Below, one piece after another: positions 21,382 through 32,231 of a stretch of 64,000 nt of DNA (position 1 is the stretch's first letter; the number at the start of each line of letters is the position of its first letter). The translations under genes were made by a program, and so were the position numbers. Location of the stretch: the IMG/VR virus record IMGVR_UViG_3300028372_000001; one strand, given 5' to 3'. Below the pieces are notes generated by a model. It did not search any database, was not told the DNA's origin, and worked only from the letters and a program-made list of their open reading frames with translations. Source of the stretch: an uncultured virus (IMG/VR IMGVR_UViG_3300028372_000001). Lineage: Duplodnaviria; Heunggongvirae; Uroviricota; Caudoviricetes.

Positions 21382-21795
21382 TCAGGCAAAATCAGAACGA
21401 CTTAGGCCGCGATGGGCGTATGGGTCACTACGCTTAGATTCACGACCTGCAAATTCATCTTGCATATCAGGATTATCGCGCAACTCATCTTCGTTTTCAG
21501 CATAAAGCTTAAGCGCTTTCTGTACGTTCCTTTTTGCAGTTTCGATGAATTTTTTGACAATAGATTTGTTGACATATACGCCTTCTAGGTCGTCTACTGC
21601 ACGTTCAAGAGCTTGCGACACAGGGTGATCATCTCCCAGCTGGCTGTCTATTACGTCCAATATGGTAACGTATTCATCTTGCAATACGTCATCGAACCAC
21701 TTATCATAATCGTCCTGTGCCGCATCCTGTGCCGCATCATAGCGGTCATAGTCGTCAGAATATCGGCCTTCCTCTAGTATGTCAAATACTTTCAT
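21382..21795 (-). CDS. Acidic late protein (N-terminus MKVFDILEEG)
   Basis: Late promoter upstream. Confidence 0.55.
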   Translation of the reverse strand: MKVFDILEEGRYSDDYDRYDAAQDAAQDDYDKWFDDVLQDEYVTILDVIDSQLGDDHPVSQALERAVDDLEGVYVNKSIVKKFIETAKRNVQKALKLYAENEDELRDNPDMQDEFAGRESKRSDPYAHRGLSRSDFA

Positions 21796-21923
21796 GGTAT
21801 GATTGTCCCGTTTCTTATATTTATTGCAAAAGCAACACATTCAAGACTATTTATAGGCACGACACTTGACAACCCCCTCAAACGTCAAGTACACTGCGCC
21901 GCTCAAATTTAGGAGAACCATTT

Positions 21924-22925
21924 ATGCAACTTAATCATACCCATTCAGCTAATATTTTTCTAGAAGGCATGAAAATCCTATCAAGAATCGAACGTCTTCC
22001 CCCAATGACCAACGAAGAAGAAATGAATGAAATGCTCGAAGAGCTTCGTGTAGAAGATGCTCTCGACTCAGCAGCAGCTATCTTCGGTGGTACACTACTC
22101 AGCATTATGTCAGATGGTGAAACTCTTGTTATCGAATATCAGGATCACACTTATCTGGTATCTCGAATGCTGGACGATGAAAGCCCGCTCATGGATATTC
22201 AGGAAGACACACAATTCATTCGTGAAAATGACTTTTCCCAAGGAGACATCATTTTTCTCAACCCACACAACAGCCGAGAACTGGTGACCCAAAATGCATG
22301 ATCCCGATAACACACTCGATGATAAAAGCGCCTCCGGCATCTTTGCTCTGGCCCTAATGTTGATCCTCCAACCAAAGGAAGGCTTAGTCATTGAGTACGA
22401 AGAAAGGAAAGTCATCATCTGGAAGGAGGAATCCGGTGGAATCATCGTTGAGGATGGGGATGAAAATGACCACATTAGCAATCTGGAGCATGGTCAACTA
22501 TTGTGGGCAGCAGATACGCAAGAAGAAGCCGATGCTCGAAACGACCTCGAATCCTTCGGCATTCCAGTGAATCCAAATAACCCCCCGGAGATTCACTGAT
22601 GGAGAATACACTAGTCGAACACGACGTTGAAGATGCAATTGATAGTGACGAAGCAGCCGCAGTTTTTGGAACAGCACTCTACCACCTACTCGGTGTAAAT
22701 GAAGGCATTACCATAATCTATAATGACGAAATTGTCATTGTCCACAAAAACATCGACCTCGACGATAATCATCGCATCAATATCGACTATTTCGAGGATG
22801 CAGTCGGCCTCGAAGAAGGGCAGCTTGTTGTTCTTCAGTATGAGAACGGGGACAGGATTGGAGACGAGGATGAAGTTGCTACCATCATCCCCATTAATGC
22901 ACCTGCTGATCACACTATTCACTGA
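21924..22925 (+). CDS. Three tandem acidic paralogs (21924-22301, 22294-22599, 22599-22925)
   Basis: Shared D..AA.IF...L......E.LVI.Y motif; overlapping starts and stops; TTGACA..TACACT promoter. Confidence 0.6.
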
Positions 22926-23433
22926 TAAGAAACCAAGATGTGCACAAGAAGGGAAGAAGATAGTTGGATTATTCAGGCATTTGTTGATATGCTTGACCCC
23001 GGCGAAATGGTTCATACACGAGACAGAGATGGCAATCCAGTTCTTGTCCAGTATGGCTACATCAACCGTGATGTACTCGAAATCCAAGTCCTATGTTCAG
23101 AAGAACATGATTTCGAAATCAAAGAACGTGGCACCAGAGAATACGACCCTAACCTAGCGAGGAAACCCTAATGCCATTTACAGTCAACCATACCTATTAC
23201 CTACCCTTCTGAAAAATGATGATCCGGTTGCTGTAACCGAAGCCAATGGATCAGAGCCAGTTCATATAACTGCGGTGATTGATGCCATGGTCGAACACAT
23301 GAAGTCAAGAGCAATTCGAGCACACCAAGAAAGAAATGTTAAACCAATCGTTGCACACATTCTAGGAGAAGAAGCATGAGCTTTCAAATCACAAAAAACT
23401 ACATAATTGGTAGAACGAAAGGGCAAACGGTTT

Positions 23434-24812
23434 TTATTTAAGAGCTAGCAACTTGTATGCATATTCTAAAAAGCTCGTAGTAGCTTGCTCATCGTCTGGG
23501 ACAATGTTATGATCCATAACGAAATTTTTGAACCTGTCACGGGTGATTTTGTTCTTTATAGCTTCCAATCTCATGACTCTATGAAGCTCTGTAGGGGCTT
23601 CATGCCTCTTTTATAAATCTCATATACCATTTCAGGTAGTTCAGTTATAGAGTACTCTTGGGCCACTCCAAGCTTCTTAGCGACTATGTTGAGCATCTCC
23701 AATGGTTCTTGTGTTGGATCAACCTTCAGCCCGGAATCATTAATCAACTTGACCACTTTCTTCATGTACTCTTGACGAGCGGCGTTTTTGTCCAGACCTA
23801 GACCCAGTACTCTAACATATCGAAGCGTAGTATTCAAAATTTCTTCGTAGCGTAAATGATAGCCCTTGCCACCCGATGCCCTAAACTCGACATAATTGCC
23901 ATGACTGATGTTGAACGTGGAGTATTTCTCATGGCTGATCTGTGAGTTAAGTATTTTCACAACCTCATCAAATTTCTTTGAACTCAACCCTTCGGTCGAA
24001 ATAAAAGATTTGAGAACCTCCAACTGTTCTTGTGCAAAAATGTTATTCATGCGGTTGAATGCCTGTAGTACATAAGCTTCGCCCATGAAGAGACCAACCT
24101 TAACCCAATCCATCTCGGCATCACCCATACCGTCGATGCTTACGTTAATATGCAGACCCGTGGAATCATTGGTGTCACCATGTCGTTTGATCCAGTTTAA
24201 ATAATTGGCGAGAATTTTAGGTACCTTATCTAATGGGATAGGTTTGGTCACAATCTCTGCACCAATATATGATCCACTCGGTACTACGATACTGGAATCA
24301 CTAACAACTTTGTCCAAATATTCGTCCATGTCATCGTATTCCATGATATCATCCATTAGCAATTCATAAACCGCCGATGCATTGACCGATGCCGTTGGTT
24401 CTTCTGTATAAAACTCACCATAAGCAGCATCATGAACCCAACCATAAGTGGGCTCTAATCCGAAATGATTAACAAACTCTTCGAAGTCGTTGTTAAACAC
24501 ATCATCTATCCAGTCGTCTTCATCACCCTCGTCATTATCGGCTTCCCACTCACTGAATGCATTGCGAATAGCTCGTTTATCCCTAAGATTAACGTCAAAG
24601 TAATTCATAAGCTCGCCATAATCGTCAATGCGAGACAAGCGTTAACTTTCACCGGAGAATTGCTCTTCGTCCATGAATGCTGTACCATCAACAACAATTT
24701 CAAACTCAAAGCCAACAAGAGCACGATCACCATAAGACTGAAGAGTCCGAGACAGCTTAGAAGTGCTCATCTTGAGTTCGTTGAGAGGTTTAAAAACTTC
24801 GGCTACACGCAT
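23434..24812 (-). pseudogene. Amidoligase-like (COOH-NH2 ligase type 2) protein with an in-frame TAA (24642-24644) and a C-terminal frameshift near 23580
   Basis: VGFEFEI upstream of the stop; DSSI, AEIVT, TNDSTGLHINVS, KYSTFN, YVEFR downstream. Confidence 0.65.
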
Positions 24813-24830
24813 AATAACAATCCTTTATAA

Positions 24831-25352
24831 TTATTTAAATTGAATATCATTAGAATCAAATACAACATAGTTAGTAACATCAGGATTAGTACGGTCTGAA
24901 TAAGAGTTACCCACATATCCCATGTTACCTAAAAATAAACTAGCCTTCTTAGAAGAACCCAATACATGAGCAAGATAACGATACACCTGATCGTAGGTAG
25001 TGTCATACACATATTGCTCATCCATCATCTCATCACGATAATCATCTAACTCATCCTCAGAAACACCAGCCTCTTCCAATTCATCATAAATCCTCTGGGC
25101 AAAACTAGGACCAAGACCTTCATCAAAATCAAAGTAAGGACCACTTGGAATACGAAAGGCACGAACCTCACCACGCCCAGAAATATACTGTGAAGCAACT
25201 TCCTCAGATGTGGTAAAGTAAAAACCCCAACCACCCTTGTCCTGACCACTGGCATCACCTATCTTATCAGCATCAAACTTGTCAAAGGAATGATCACTAC
25301 CATGGTAAACATCCATTTCACGCAGCATACCGGTTATTTCATTTAGTTTCAT
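24831..25352 (-). CDS. ADP-ribosyltransferase-like domain of the polyvalent-protein type
   Basis: VYHGS...FDKFD..KIG...G.GFYFT....A..Y...NYVVFD...I. Confidence 0.65.
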   Translation of the reverse strand: MKLNEITGMLREMDVYHGSDHSFDKFDADKIGDASGQDKGGWGFYFTTSEEVASQYISGRGEVRAFRIPSGPYFDFDEGLGPSFAQRIYDELEEAGVSEDELDDYRDEMMDEQYVYDTTYDQVYRYLAHVLGSSKKASLFLGNMGYVGNSYSDRTNPDVTNYVVFDSNDIQFK

Positions 25353-25353
25353 A

Positions 25354-25827
25354 TTACTCCCCGTTATCTAAGACAACTAAAGCAGGCAGCGTAGGCTTAT
25401 TCAATAAAAACAAAGCTTCCCCTCTATGCCCACCTTCTAAAATATATAACCCCTCAGCGTCTTCAACAACAATTAAAGGATCAATCCAACCGTTGGAATC
25501 TATCTCAGCAGCCAAAGACCGAATTCTTTTATTCTCATTAACAGAATAAGAACGACCACTCAAATCAAACTCGGATAAAGGAATCTCATAAATGCCTTCA
25601 AGAATTTCGTAATCATCCAAAGAAGCAGCAATAGATTCCATATTGGGAACGTTATCAGTAACACGCAATCCAGAGACCGTCTTACCAGCAATCTCATAGG
25701 ATTCATCACACTGATCATATTCAGATTGAGCAGCTTTAACCATCGGTCCTTTTAGAGAATTCAGTTTGTCATTAGTAGTATTCAACTCTTCAGACAATGC
25801 CTCTTCAAGAATATCGGATACCCTCAT
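25354..25827 (-). CDS. ParB/Srx-like domain protein
   Basis: IDPLIVV....YILEGGHR..A...L. Confidence 0.65.
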   Translation of the reverse strand: MRVSDILEEALSEELNTTNDKLNSLKGPMVKAAQSEYDQCDESYEIAGKTVSGLRVTDNVPNMESIAASLDDYEILEGIYEIPLSEFDLSGRSYSVNENKRIRSLAAEIDSNGWIDPLIVVEDAEGLYILEGGHRGEALFLLNKPTLPALVVLDNGE

Positions 25828-25950
25828 AAAAATTCTCCAAAAAATTTGCAACTAATCATATTTAGGCCATACACACATAATGCACGCCATATATAAAAGC
25901 CAAACTTGTTTCTCAGATCGACATATGATATACTAACATAAGGATAAGAC

Positions 25951-26385
25951 ATGACAATCGTAACAAAAATGAATATACTCACATTCGATCAACTTATCAA
26001 AACACTAGTCAGTAAGATAAACAATATCGCAAGTGTATGCGTAAAATCAGACATACTGGAAGATACTTCAATACACATGATCTATGAATGGAAACAAAAT
26101 GAAGACCAACTAAAATTCATATGGGTAGAAGATAAACAATCAAGCAGTAGTAATGGAATCTACGATGTGGGATACCTCGATAGATCGTACCACGGACAAC
26201 TATTTAAAAACGATCAACTGATCGCACAATCATTAACTATAAACGAACATGAATGTATGATAGCATTGGACATTATACCAAATATACACGCATTCATGAA
26301 CAACGTGCAGGAATATATACGCTCCAGAAAAAAACAAGAAGCTGCAAAAAAAGTGGAATCATTCATGTTGGAACATTCCCTATAA
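25951..26385 (+). CDS. Hypothetical protein
   Basis: ORF with AGGA RBS. Confidence 0.5.
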   Translation: MTIVTKMNILTFDQLIKTLVSKINNIASVCVKSDILEDTSIHMIYEWKQNEDQLKFIWVEDKQSSSSNGIYDVGYLDRSYHGQLFKNDQLIAQSLTINEHECMIALDIIPNIHAFMNNVQEYIRSRKKQEAAKKVESFMLEHSL

Positions 26386-26388
26386 TAA

Positions 26389-26545
26389 AATGGTTGTATA
26401 GGGTAATGGTTGTAATGGGCAATAGGAACATGGTTGTATAGGGTAATGGTTGTAATGGTTGTAATGGTTGTAATGGTTGTAATGGGCAATAGGACCATGG
26501 TTGTATAGGGTAATGGTTGTAATGGGCAATAGGACCATGGTTGTG
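26389..26545. repeat. Nested tandem repeats (9-bp ATGGTTGTA inside roughly 40-bp units)
   Basis: ATGGTTGTATAGGGTAATGGTTGTA...ATGGGCAATAGGA(A/C)C about three times. Confidence 0.9.
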
Positions 26546-26662
26546 AGATAAAAATACGGTGTACACTGACTGCGGTTGAGCATGGGGTATAGGGTGTTGT
26601 CAAGCATTTTTTTATATGTTTTTTTTCTAATCCCAAACTTGTTTTTTAGTTTGTCAATAGCC

Positions 26663-26825
26663 ACCCGACGAACGGTCGGCCCGACCGTTCGTCAGCTGGG
26701 GGTTGACAACCATGGCCCGACCGTTCGTCAGCTGGGGGTTGACAACCATGGCCCGCCATGCTACGCACTGCCCTGACCCTACACCAATGGGCGATGACTG
26801 TCAACCCTTGACAACCATGGCCCGA
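26663..26825. repeat. Inverted repeat GACGAACGGTCGG/CCGACCGTTCGTC plus a 38-bp direct repeat and three TTGACAACCATGGCCCG copies
   Basis: Read directly from the sequence. Confidence 0.9.
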
Positions 26826-26834
26826 TCATGCTAG

Positions 26835-27743
26835 TCATGCAGCGGCCTTGACATCCTCATCATCCTGTGCCTGAGCCTCGCTTGCTTTGAGGATGAAGTC
26901 AACCGCTTTCTGAGCGAGCGAAGCAGCATCCTTGATCGCCTTAGCATCGCCACGCATGATGTCCAACCAATGTTTGACATACTTGACATGGTTGTGATCC
27001 TCTTCCTGCTCGATGCCGAAGTGAGCACACAGGAAGGTAGCGCCAAGCTCTGCCACTAGTTCTTCGAAGGCGTATGCATCGTCACCGAAGCGTGACGTGT
27101 TCAGGTCACGGTCGAGGCGACTGGAGTGTCCTGTCCAATGGACAAGCTCATGCAGCATGGTGCTGTAGTAGCCTGCTGCCGTGCTGAACGCCTCGCGAGC
27201 GGGCATCTGGATGCTGTCATGGCCGGGGGAATAGAACGCCCTGTCGGACTCTCCGTGAGCGATGAGAGCGCCCGTTGCTGCGATGGTTTGCTCTGCACCT
27301 TCCACATCATCGAAGGCTACAGCGTCAGCCTGCTCGGGCGTCCAGCCTTGCTGCTGCTGTGCGTTGAACACACCGAAGGCCCGGAACATGCGGAAGGTAT
27401 CAACGTCACCGCTTGCATTGACGACGGGATTGCCAGCGGCATCCTTGCGCTCGATGTTCATGGGAGCGAGCATGTAGGTGCACGCTTTCTGTCCGCCTTG
27501 AATCTGTCCGCCCACTTCGCCCCACTGCTTGTAGGTGCCGAATGCGCCGCCGCCTTGAATGATTCCTAGCAGGACGTTGATGCCACTATATGCCTTGCCC
27601 GTGAGGACGTTGTAGGGCATGAAGCCGCCGACACACTTCCACGGACGAATCCACTTGCCGCCCACCAAGCCGCCTTCGATGAGGTCGATGATCTGGTCCG
27701 TCATGACTTGAGCATGATCCACCTTCGCCTTCCGCTTCGCCAT
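26835..27743 (-). CDS. ardC: ArdC anti-restriction protein (ssDNA-binding domain plus zincin-like MPTase)
   Basis: W.RPW, N..TGK.YSGIN, TYKQW...GGQ, VFN..Q, AFYSP..D.I.MP, YY.T.LHEL.HWTGH..RL.R, YAFEELVAELGA. Confidence 0.9.
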   Translation of the reverse strand: MAKRKAKVDHAQVMTDQIIDLIEGGLVGGKWIRPWKCVGGFMPYNVLTGKAYSGINVLLGIIQGGGAFGTYKQWGEVGGQIQGGQKACTYMLAPMNIERKDAAGNPVVNASGDVDTFRMFRAFGVFNAQQQQGWTPEQADAVAFDDVEGAEQTIAATGALIAHGESDRAFYSPGHDSIQMPAREAFSTAAGYYSTMLHELVHWTGHSSRLDRDLNTSRFGDDAYAFEELVAELGATFLCAHFGIEQEEDHNHVKYVKHWLDIMRGDAKAIKDAASLAQKAVDFILKASEAQAQDDEDVKAAA

Positions 27744-27960
27744 GTTCGCTGCTCCTTTGATCCAGTGAAGCCATTGTGCCCTACCCAACCTAGTGTAGTC
27801 AATGCCGTTCGTCGGTGGAGGCGTGAGGTAGTGGGCGGCTATGCGAGACCATCCCCCCAACCGCCAACCTATGGTAGCACGTATTATACACGCTGTAAAT
27901 TACCGTTCGTCGGACAAAAGAAAGGGGCCTTTCGGCCCCCGGTGGTGGTAGGGTTGTGGC

Positions 27961-28371
27961 TTATGCGGCCCCCACACCACTCCAGATGCGGAGAGCTTCC
28001 TGTGCGTCGCCGCACACCGTCGCGATACCGGCGAGGGTGTCCATGCTATCACGCATGTCCGCGACCGCCTTCCAGAGCTTCCGTGCGTTGGCGGTGGTTG
28101 TCGTGAAGGCCATGGACGATCCCATATCATCGGCGTTGGGGGCGAACGTCACGCCAGCGACTTCCTGACCCGTGTAGGGCTCAACGATGAGAATGGAAGC
28201 CCCGCAACGGATAGCGTGGACGCCAGCATAGCCGTTGGTGGGGCGAGCGGGAAGGCGCATATCCGCTGCATGGTTTTCCGTGCGGTTGTTGCGGACGACG
28301 CGGGAGAGCACTTTGGCGGATTCGAAATTCGAGAGCATGTTGTCGATATCTGCGAAGGTGGCGTCGGACAT
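27961..28371 (-). CDS. Early hypothetical protein
   Basis: Own promoter and leader; terminator at 27916-27940. Confidence 0.6.
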   Translation of the reverse strand: MSDATFADIDNMLSNFESAKVLSRVVRNNRTENHAADMRLPARPTNGYAGVHAIRCGASILIVEPYTGQEVAGVTFAPNADDMGSSMAFTTTTANARKLWKAVADMRDSMDTLAGIATVCGDAQEALRIWSGVGAA

Positions 28372-28618
28372 GTGGGTGACTCCGTGGTTGGTATGGATCA
28401 AATATACCCCCCAACCCATATGCTGTCAACTCTTTTTTCAGCCGCCTACCATCAGCAGCCATTGCGGATCGAAGGGGACTTCCGGGGTTACTTCCGGTCC
28501 CTGATAACCGGGCAGTATCTTTCGGAGTCTGGACAGTGGGAATACGTTGTTCCCGTGGTAGGGTCCGCATTCACCACCATGGGATATGCAAGGGTAGCAG
28601 TGTCGCCGTGTTGCAGGC

Positions 28619-29794
28619 TCATGCTTCCTGCTCGCTGTACTTTACACGAGTCAGGACAGTTTGCTTTGTGCCGTTGAATTCATCGTGCTTTTTCACGGTG
28701 CCGTCGAGGGTCCACTGCTCACCGGCTTCCGGCTCGATGAACTTGGACGCGAACCATACCAGCGTGCGGCCTTCATCATCGCGAAGGGTGACGATTGAGG
28801 TGGTGCCATACATACCTTCGGAATAGCGTACACGCTGCACGGTCGCCTGTACGCCTTTCAGGCGGGCGTTGACTTCCCCTCGATGCTCATTAAGGGTTGC
28901 GGTGTTATCGGCCACTAGACGCTCAGTGTGGGCCTTGTAGACGCCAGCCACGGATGCGAGGATGCCAATACGCTTTTCCGTGACCCAACCAGCGTCGAGG
29001 GCCTTCACGACGTTCTCGATGTAATCGGATGCGAATGATTGCCCACGGATATGCTCAATGGCGTCGGTGGCGAATTGCTCATCCTCGGCAGTGGGGGAAT
29101 CCATGGTGCCCCGCATGATGCCCGGAAACAGATGGGTGTGGACGAGTGAGCCCGTGGGGGTATCGTTCCAGCTACCGGCCTTCACATATCCATGCTGGCG
29201 AACGTACATGCTGGCGATGGTGACGATATCGGCAGCATTGAGGTATGCAGTGGGGGAGCCCTGAAAGCGTGCCCCGTTGGCTTCCGTGACCATCTTGTGA
29301 AAGCTGAACAGGTCCACGAAGGATGATGCCGACTGATGTCCGAGAAAATCCTTGATGCACGACGTGCCGACCACCATGTAATCGATGAAATTTTTCGTGA
29401 TGAGCATGGCCTTTTTCCGGCCACGGTTGATGTTGCAGTGATCGCATTGACCGGGTTCGGCTTCGCGATGCTCGGGCAGGACCATCATACCGGGCACGGG
29501 GGAGGTGTAGCAGGTACGCTCACCGTCCGGGGCGATTGCCCAATCATAGACGGCCACGAGACTCCAGCCTTCCTGTACGGGGGTCTGGTAGCGAATCGTG
29601 ACCCAGTGATAGAGGTCAACGCCTTCACCGTTGGCGAGGGGGATGAAGTGATCCCGCACTGCCTCGATGGTCGGGGGATAGTCGGCGGCAGTCTTGCCTT
29701 TCTCGATTCGGCGGGCGAGCTTCTCTACGGCCTTTTCGAGGTCCGCGAGCCGGTCGCCGGGAATCATGATGCTGCCGTAGAATTCAGTTTCCAT
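28619..29794 (-). CDS. Conserved phage protein with a Cys motif and a C-terminal OB-fold-like domain
   Basis: CDHC...R.R, VGTSCIKDFLG, GTVKKH.EF.G.KQTVLTR. Confidence 0.6.
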   Translation of the reverse strand: METEFYGSIMIPGDRLADLEKAVEKLARRIEKGKTAADYPPTIEAVRDHFIPLANGEGVDLYHWVTIRYQTPVQEGWSLVAVYDWAIAPDGERTCYTSPVPGMMVLPEHREAEPGQCDHCNINRGRKKAMLITKNFIDYMVVGTSCIKDFLGHQSASSFVDLFSFHKMVTEANGARFQGSPTAYLNAADIVTIASMYVRQHGYVKAGSWNDTPTGSLVHTHLFPGIMRGTMDSPTAEDEQFATDAIEHIRGQSFASDYIENVVKALDAGWVTEKRIGILASVAGVYKAHTERLVADNTATLNEHRGEVNARLKGVQATVQRVRYSEGMYGTTSIVTLRDDEGRTLVWFASKFIEPEAGEQWTLDGTVKKHDEFNGTKQTVLTRVKYSEQEA

Positions 29795-30056
29795 TTTCTT
29801 GCTCCAGAATGATTGCCTTGAATCCCTGATATTCTTGAATCCACCGGCGATAAAAAAGGTTCCCACGGGTGCATGACAGTGCCGACCGGCGATATTGCCT
29901 CATCGTGGTTCTAGCCCACGCCAATGCCACATCGAGTCCGTCACGTTCCACCATAAATTGGAATCTAGCCGCTGGGCCTAGTTCGTGCATCGGGAGTGTC
30001 ATTTGAATCATCATGGGCTCATTCTAACAGGATCAGAAAATAGAATGCAAGGGAAA

Positions 30057-30383
30057 TTAGGCCGAAGCCTGAACTTCCCCGCGAGCCACCAGCAGCAGCT
30101 GGCGTGCATACTTCACCATCTTCTTACGGGCGAACTCAATCTGACGGGGCGACAACGTGCCACGCTTCATATACTGCTCGGCCAGCGACGACAGGAACTC
30201 AGAGTCCACACCATTGAAGCCCAGACCATTGTCCTCGGCAGTGACGCCCATAGCCTGCTCGGCCTCAGTCTGGAAACCGTAGATCACCACAAGGCCCCGC
30301 AGCAGCCATGCATCGGACGACTTGAGACCCTGACGGATCACTTCGAGGCTCGCTTTCTTCGTCATGCTCTTGAGGTCTGCCAT
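30057..30383 (-). CDS. Early conserved hypothetical protein
   Basis: QT..EQ....T...NG.GF...D..FLSSLA.Q; own promoter. Confidence 0.65.
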   Translation of the reverse strand: MADLKSMTKKASLEVIRQGLKSSDAWLLRGLVVIYGFQTEAEQAMGVTAEDNGLGFNGVDSEFLSSLAEQYMKRGTLSPRQIEFARKKMVKYARQLLLVARGEVQASA

Positions 30384-30391
30384 GGGTGCCG

Positions 30392-30453
30392 CTCCGTGGT
30401 TGGTATGGGTGTAATATACGGGTTGGGGTGATGGTTGTCAATGCCGTTCGTCG
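30392..30453 (-). promoter_or_regulatory. Class-1 early promoter and leader (representative): CGACGAACGG box, TTGACA-N17-TATATT, leader ACACCCATACCAAC(G/C)ACGGAG
   Basis: About 13 near-identical copies between 28380 and 37515, each directly ahead of a start codon. Confidence 0.9.
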
Positions 30454-30466
30454 CTGTATATTGGAC

Positions 30467-30525
30467 CGACGAACGGTACTTCCCAAGCTGTATATTATCT
30501 GCTACCATAGGCTGGCGGTTGGGGG
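30467..30525 (+). promoter_or_regulatory. Class-2 promoter (representative): box, -35, N17, TACCAT/TATAAT, then AGG(C/T)TGGCGGTTGGGG
   Basis: Seven copies with an exact 17-bp spacer. Confidence 0.75.
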
Positions 30526-30536
30526 AATGAGAGAGT

Positions 30537-30563
30537 AAAAAAAGCCCCGACCGGAGCCGGGGC
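30537..30563 (-). terminator. Intrinsic terminator, duplicated at about 32138-32164
   Basis: gccccggctccggtcggggc followed by T7 on the minus strand. Confidence 0.8.
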
Positions 30564-30598
30564 AAAAGGGGGCCATTGCGGTCCCCCAACGGAGTCTG

Positions 30599-30828
30599 TT
30601 ACGATGCTTCGAGTTGAGCCTGAACCGCCTGAAGGAAATTATACATGCGATTGGCTTCCGCGTTGCTGATTTCGCCGTCGCAGTGCAGGTTCTCGGGGGA
30701 CAGATCATTCTCGACCGACTGGAACAGGTCCTGTCGGTCCTCGAAGGAAAGCGGGAGGTGATCGCGGGCTTGTGGCGCATCTCGTTGACGATGTTCTTGA
30801 GAGCTATGTACTTGTTGAGTTAGCGCAT
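30599..30828 (-). pseudogene. Small early gene of the DLSPENL family with a TAA at codon 3 and a frameshift
   Basis: Leader and ATG at 30828, TAA at 30820-30822; paralog of 33441-33713. Confidence 0.5.
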
Positions 30829-31234
30829 TGGGCCGTTCTCCGTTGTCGGCATGGGTGCTATTATACACACCCATGCCGGGATTGCAAGGACTATTGTTGA
30901 GTTGGTGTGGGATTTATTTTATAGGTTCAACCGCTGGAGTCAATCAAAATTTCTGTGAAGATTGCAAAACCGGCTCCGAATGCTCCCGCCGATGCAAGGG
31001 CGAGGATGAAGAACAGGACGGATGCAACCATATCCATCATGCTAGGCTGGCGGAGCATACCGCTTTCTCTGGCGTCGAATGCTGCGGGCATGAAGATACG
31101 GATTCCGACAATGCCAGCGAGCATGAGTGTGAGGGAGAGTATGAACATGGTTCTAGAAGCTCCTGTGCTGCCCTGTACGGGACGGTATAGGAAAGGGGGA
31201 CCGATGGTCCCCCCGTGGTGGTTACTGTCCCCTG

Positions 31235-31957
31235 TCAGGCCGTCAGGCCCTCGGGAAGAATGGTACGCTTGTCCACCTTGAGGCTGGTGAAATTGTCCGA
31301 CTTCAAGGACAGGGAGCGGAACGAGACGCCGGGACGGTCGATGGCCCGCCTGATGGCATTTTTCATGAGCGTCAGCGGGCGGCTGTTGACCACCTTGCGC
31401 TGGCCTTCCACGACATAGGTGGTATTGAGGAAGTGTGCCTCGACCAAGATGCTCGCGATGGTCGGGTATCCGTTCATCAGGACCGGATGAGTTTCGCCGT
31501 CACGCTTCTCGGTTTCGAGGTGGATGCGGATGCCGTCGCTGATGCGGATGAAGCAACGGTCGGATGCCTGACGGCGAGCATCGGAACGGTCGCCCGACTG
31601 AGTTTTCTCGATGCTGGCGAGTTCAGCGTTCAGGGCTTCCGCGAACAGGGCACGCTGCTCGATACCGGTCAGGCTGGACAGCTTGGGTTCCGCAGCAATG
31701 GCGTCCTTCACGTCAGCCAGCGAAACGGTTGCGAGTGCAGCGGCCTTACGCTCCATCATCTTCGCATAGCTGATGCGGCTGATGAACTGGACGTTCATGG
31801 TCGGCGTGGTGATCCAGTCCTTGCTGGAAGGCTGATAGCCTTCGACGGCGGCGACGCCACCCTTGCGAGTTTCGAGAAGGGTAGCGACTGCCTCGACCTG
31901 CTCCGCGTTGGCCCACACGTTCTGATCGTCGATTTTGATGAGGGTGCGGTTGTTCAT
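31235..31957 (-). CDS. Early hypothetical protein
   Basis: GC3-biased ORF with its own leader. Confidence 0.65.
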   Translation of the reverse strand: MNNRTLIKIDDQNVWANAEQVEAVATLLETRKGGVAAVEGYQPSSKDWITTPTMNVQFISRISYAKMMERKAAALATVSLADVKDAIAAEPKLSSLTGIEQRALFAEALNAELASIEKTQSGDRSDARRQASDRCFIRISDGIRIHLETEKRDGETHPVLMNGYPTIASILVEAHFLNTTYVVEGQRKVVNSRPLTLMKNAIRRAIDRPGVSFRSLSLKSDNFTSLKVDKRTILPEGLTA

Positions 31958-32231
31958 GTTTTGCTTCTCCGTTGGTGTGGGTGCCATTCTACATGAGTTC
32001 ACGATACTGGCAAGCGTTTTCTTCACCTAAATTGTTACAGAGTGTTACAGAGCAGCGATACAAATTATTTGAAAAAAAGCGTGACTCCTTGTAAATTAGC
32101 TGCTACCATAGGTTGGCGGTTGGGGAGATGGGCAGGCAAAAAAAGCCCCGACCGGAGCCGGGGCAAAGCAGGGGACCATTGCGGTCCCCCGGTGGAGTGT
32201 GTTAGACGTGGTTGGCGATATAGACGATGGC

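Noticed and set aside
26214..26776. ORFs across the tandem repeats
   Set aside because: Low-complexity translations of repeat DNA without RBS
30511..30519. Chi-site reading of GCTGGCGG
   Set aside because: It resembles E. coli Chi (GCTGGTGG), but its fixed position after a -10 box points to a promoter role, and the host Chi is unknown
24642..30822. Stop-codon reassignment suggested by two in-frame TAA codons
   Set aside because: TAA, TAG and TGA all end intact genes here, both affected genes also have frameshifts, and no suppressor tRNA was seen
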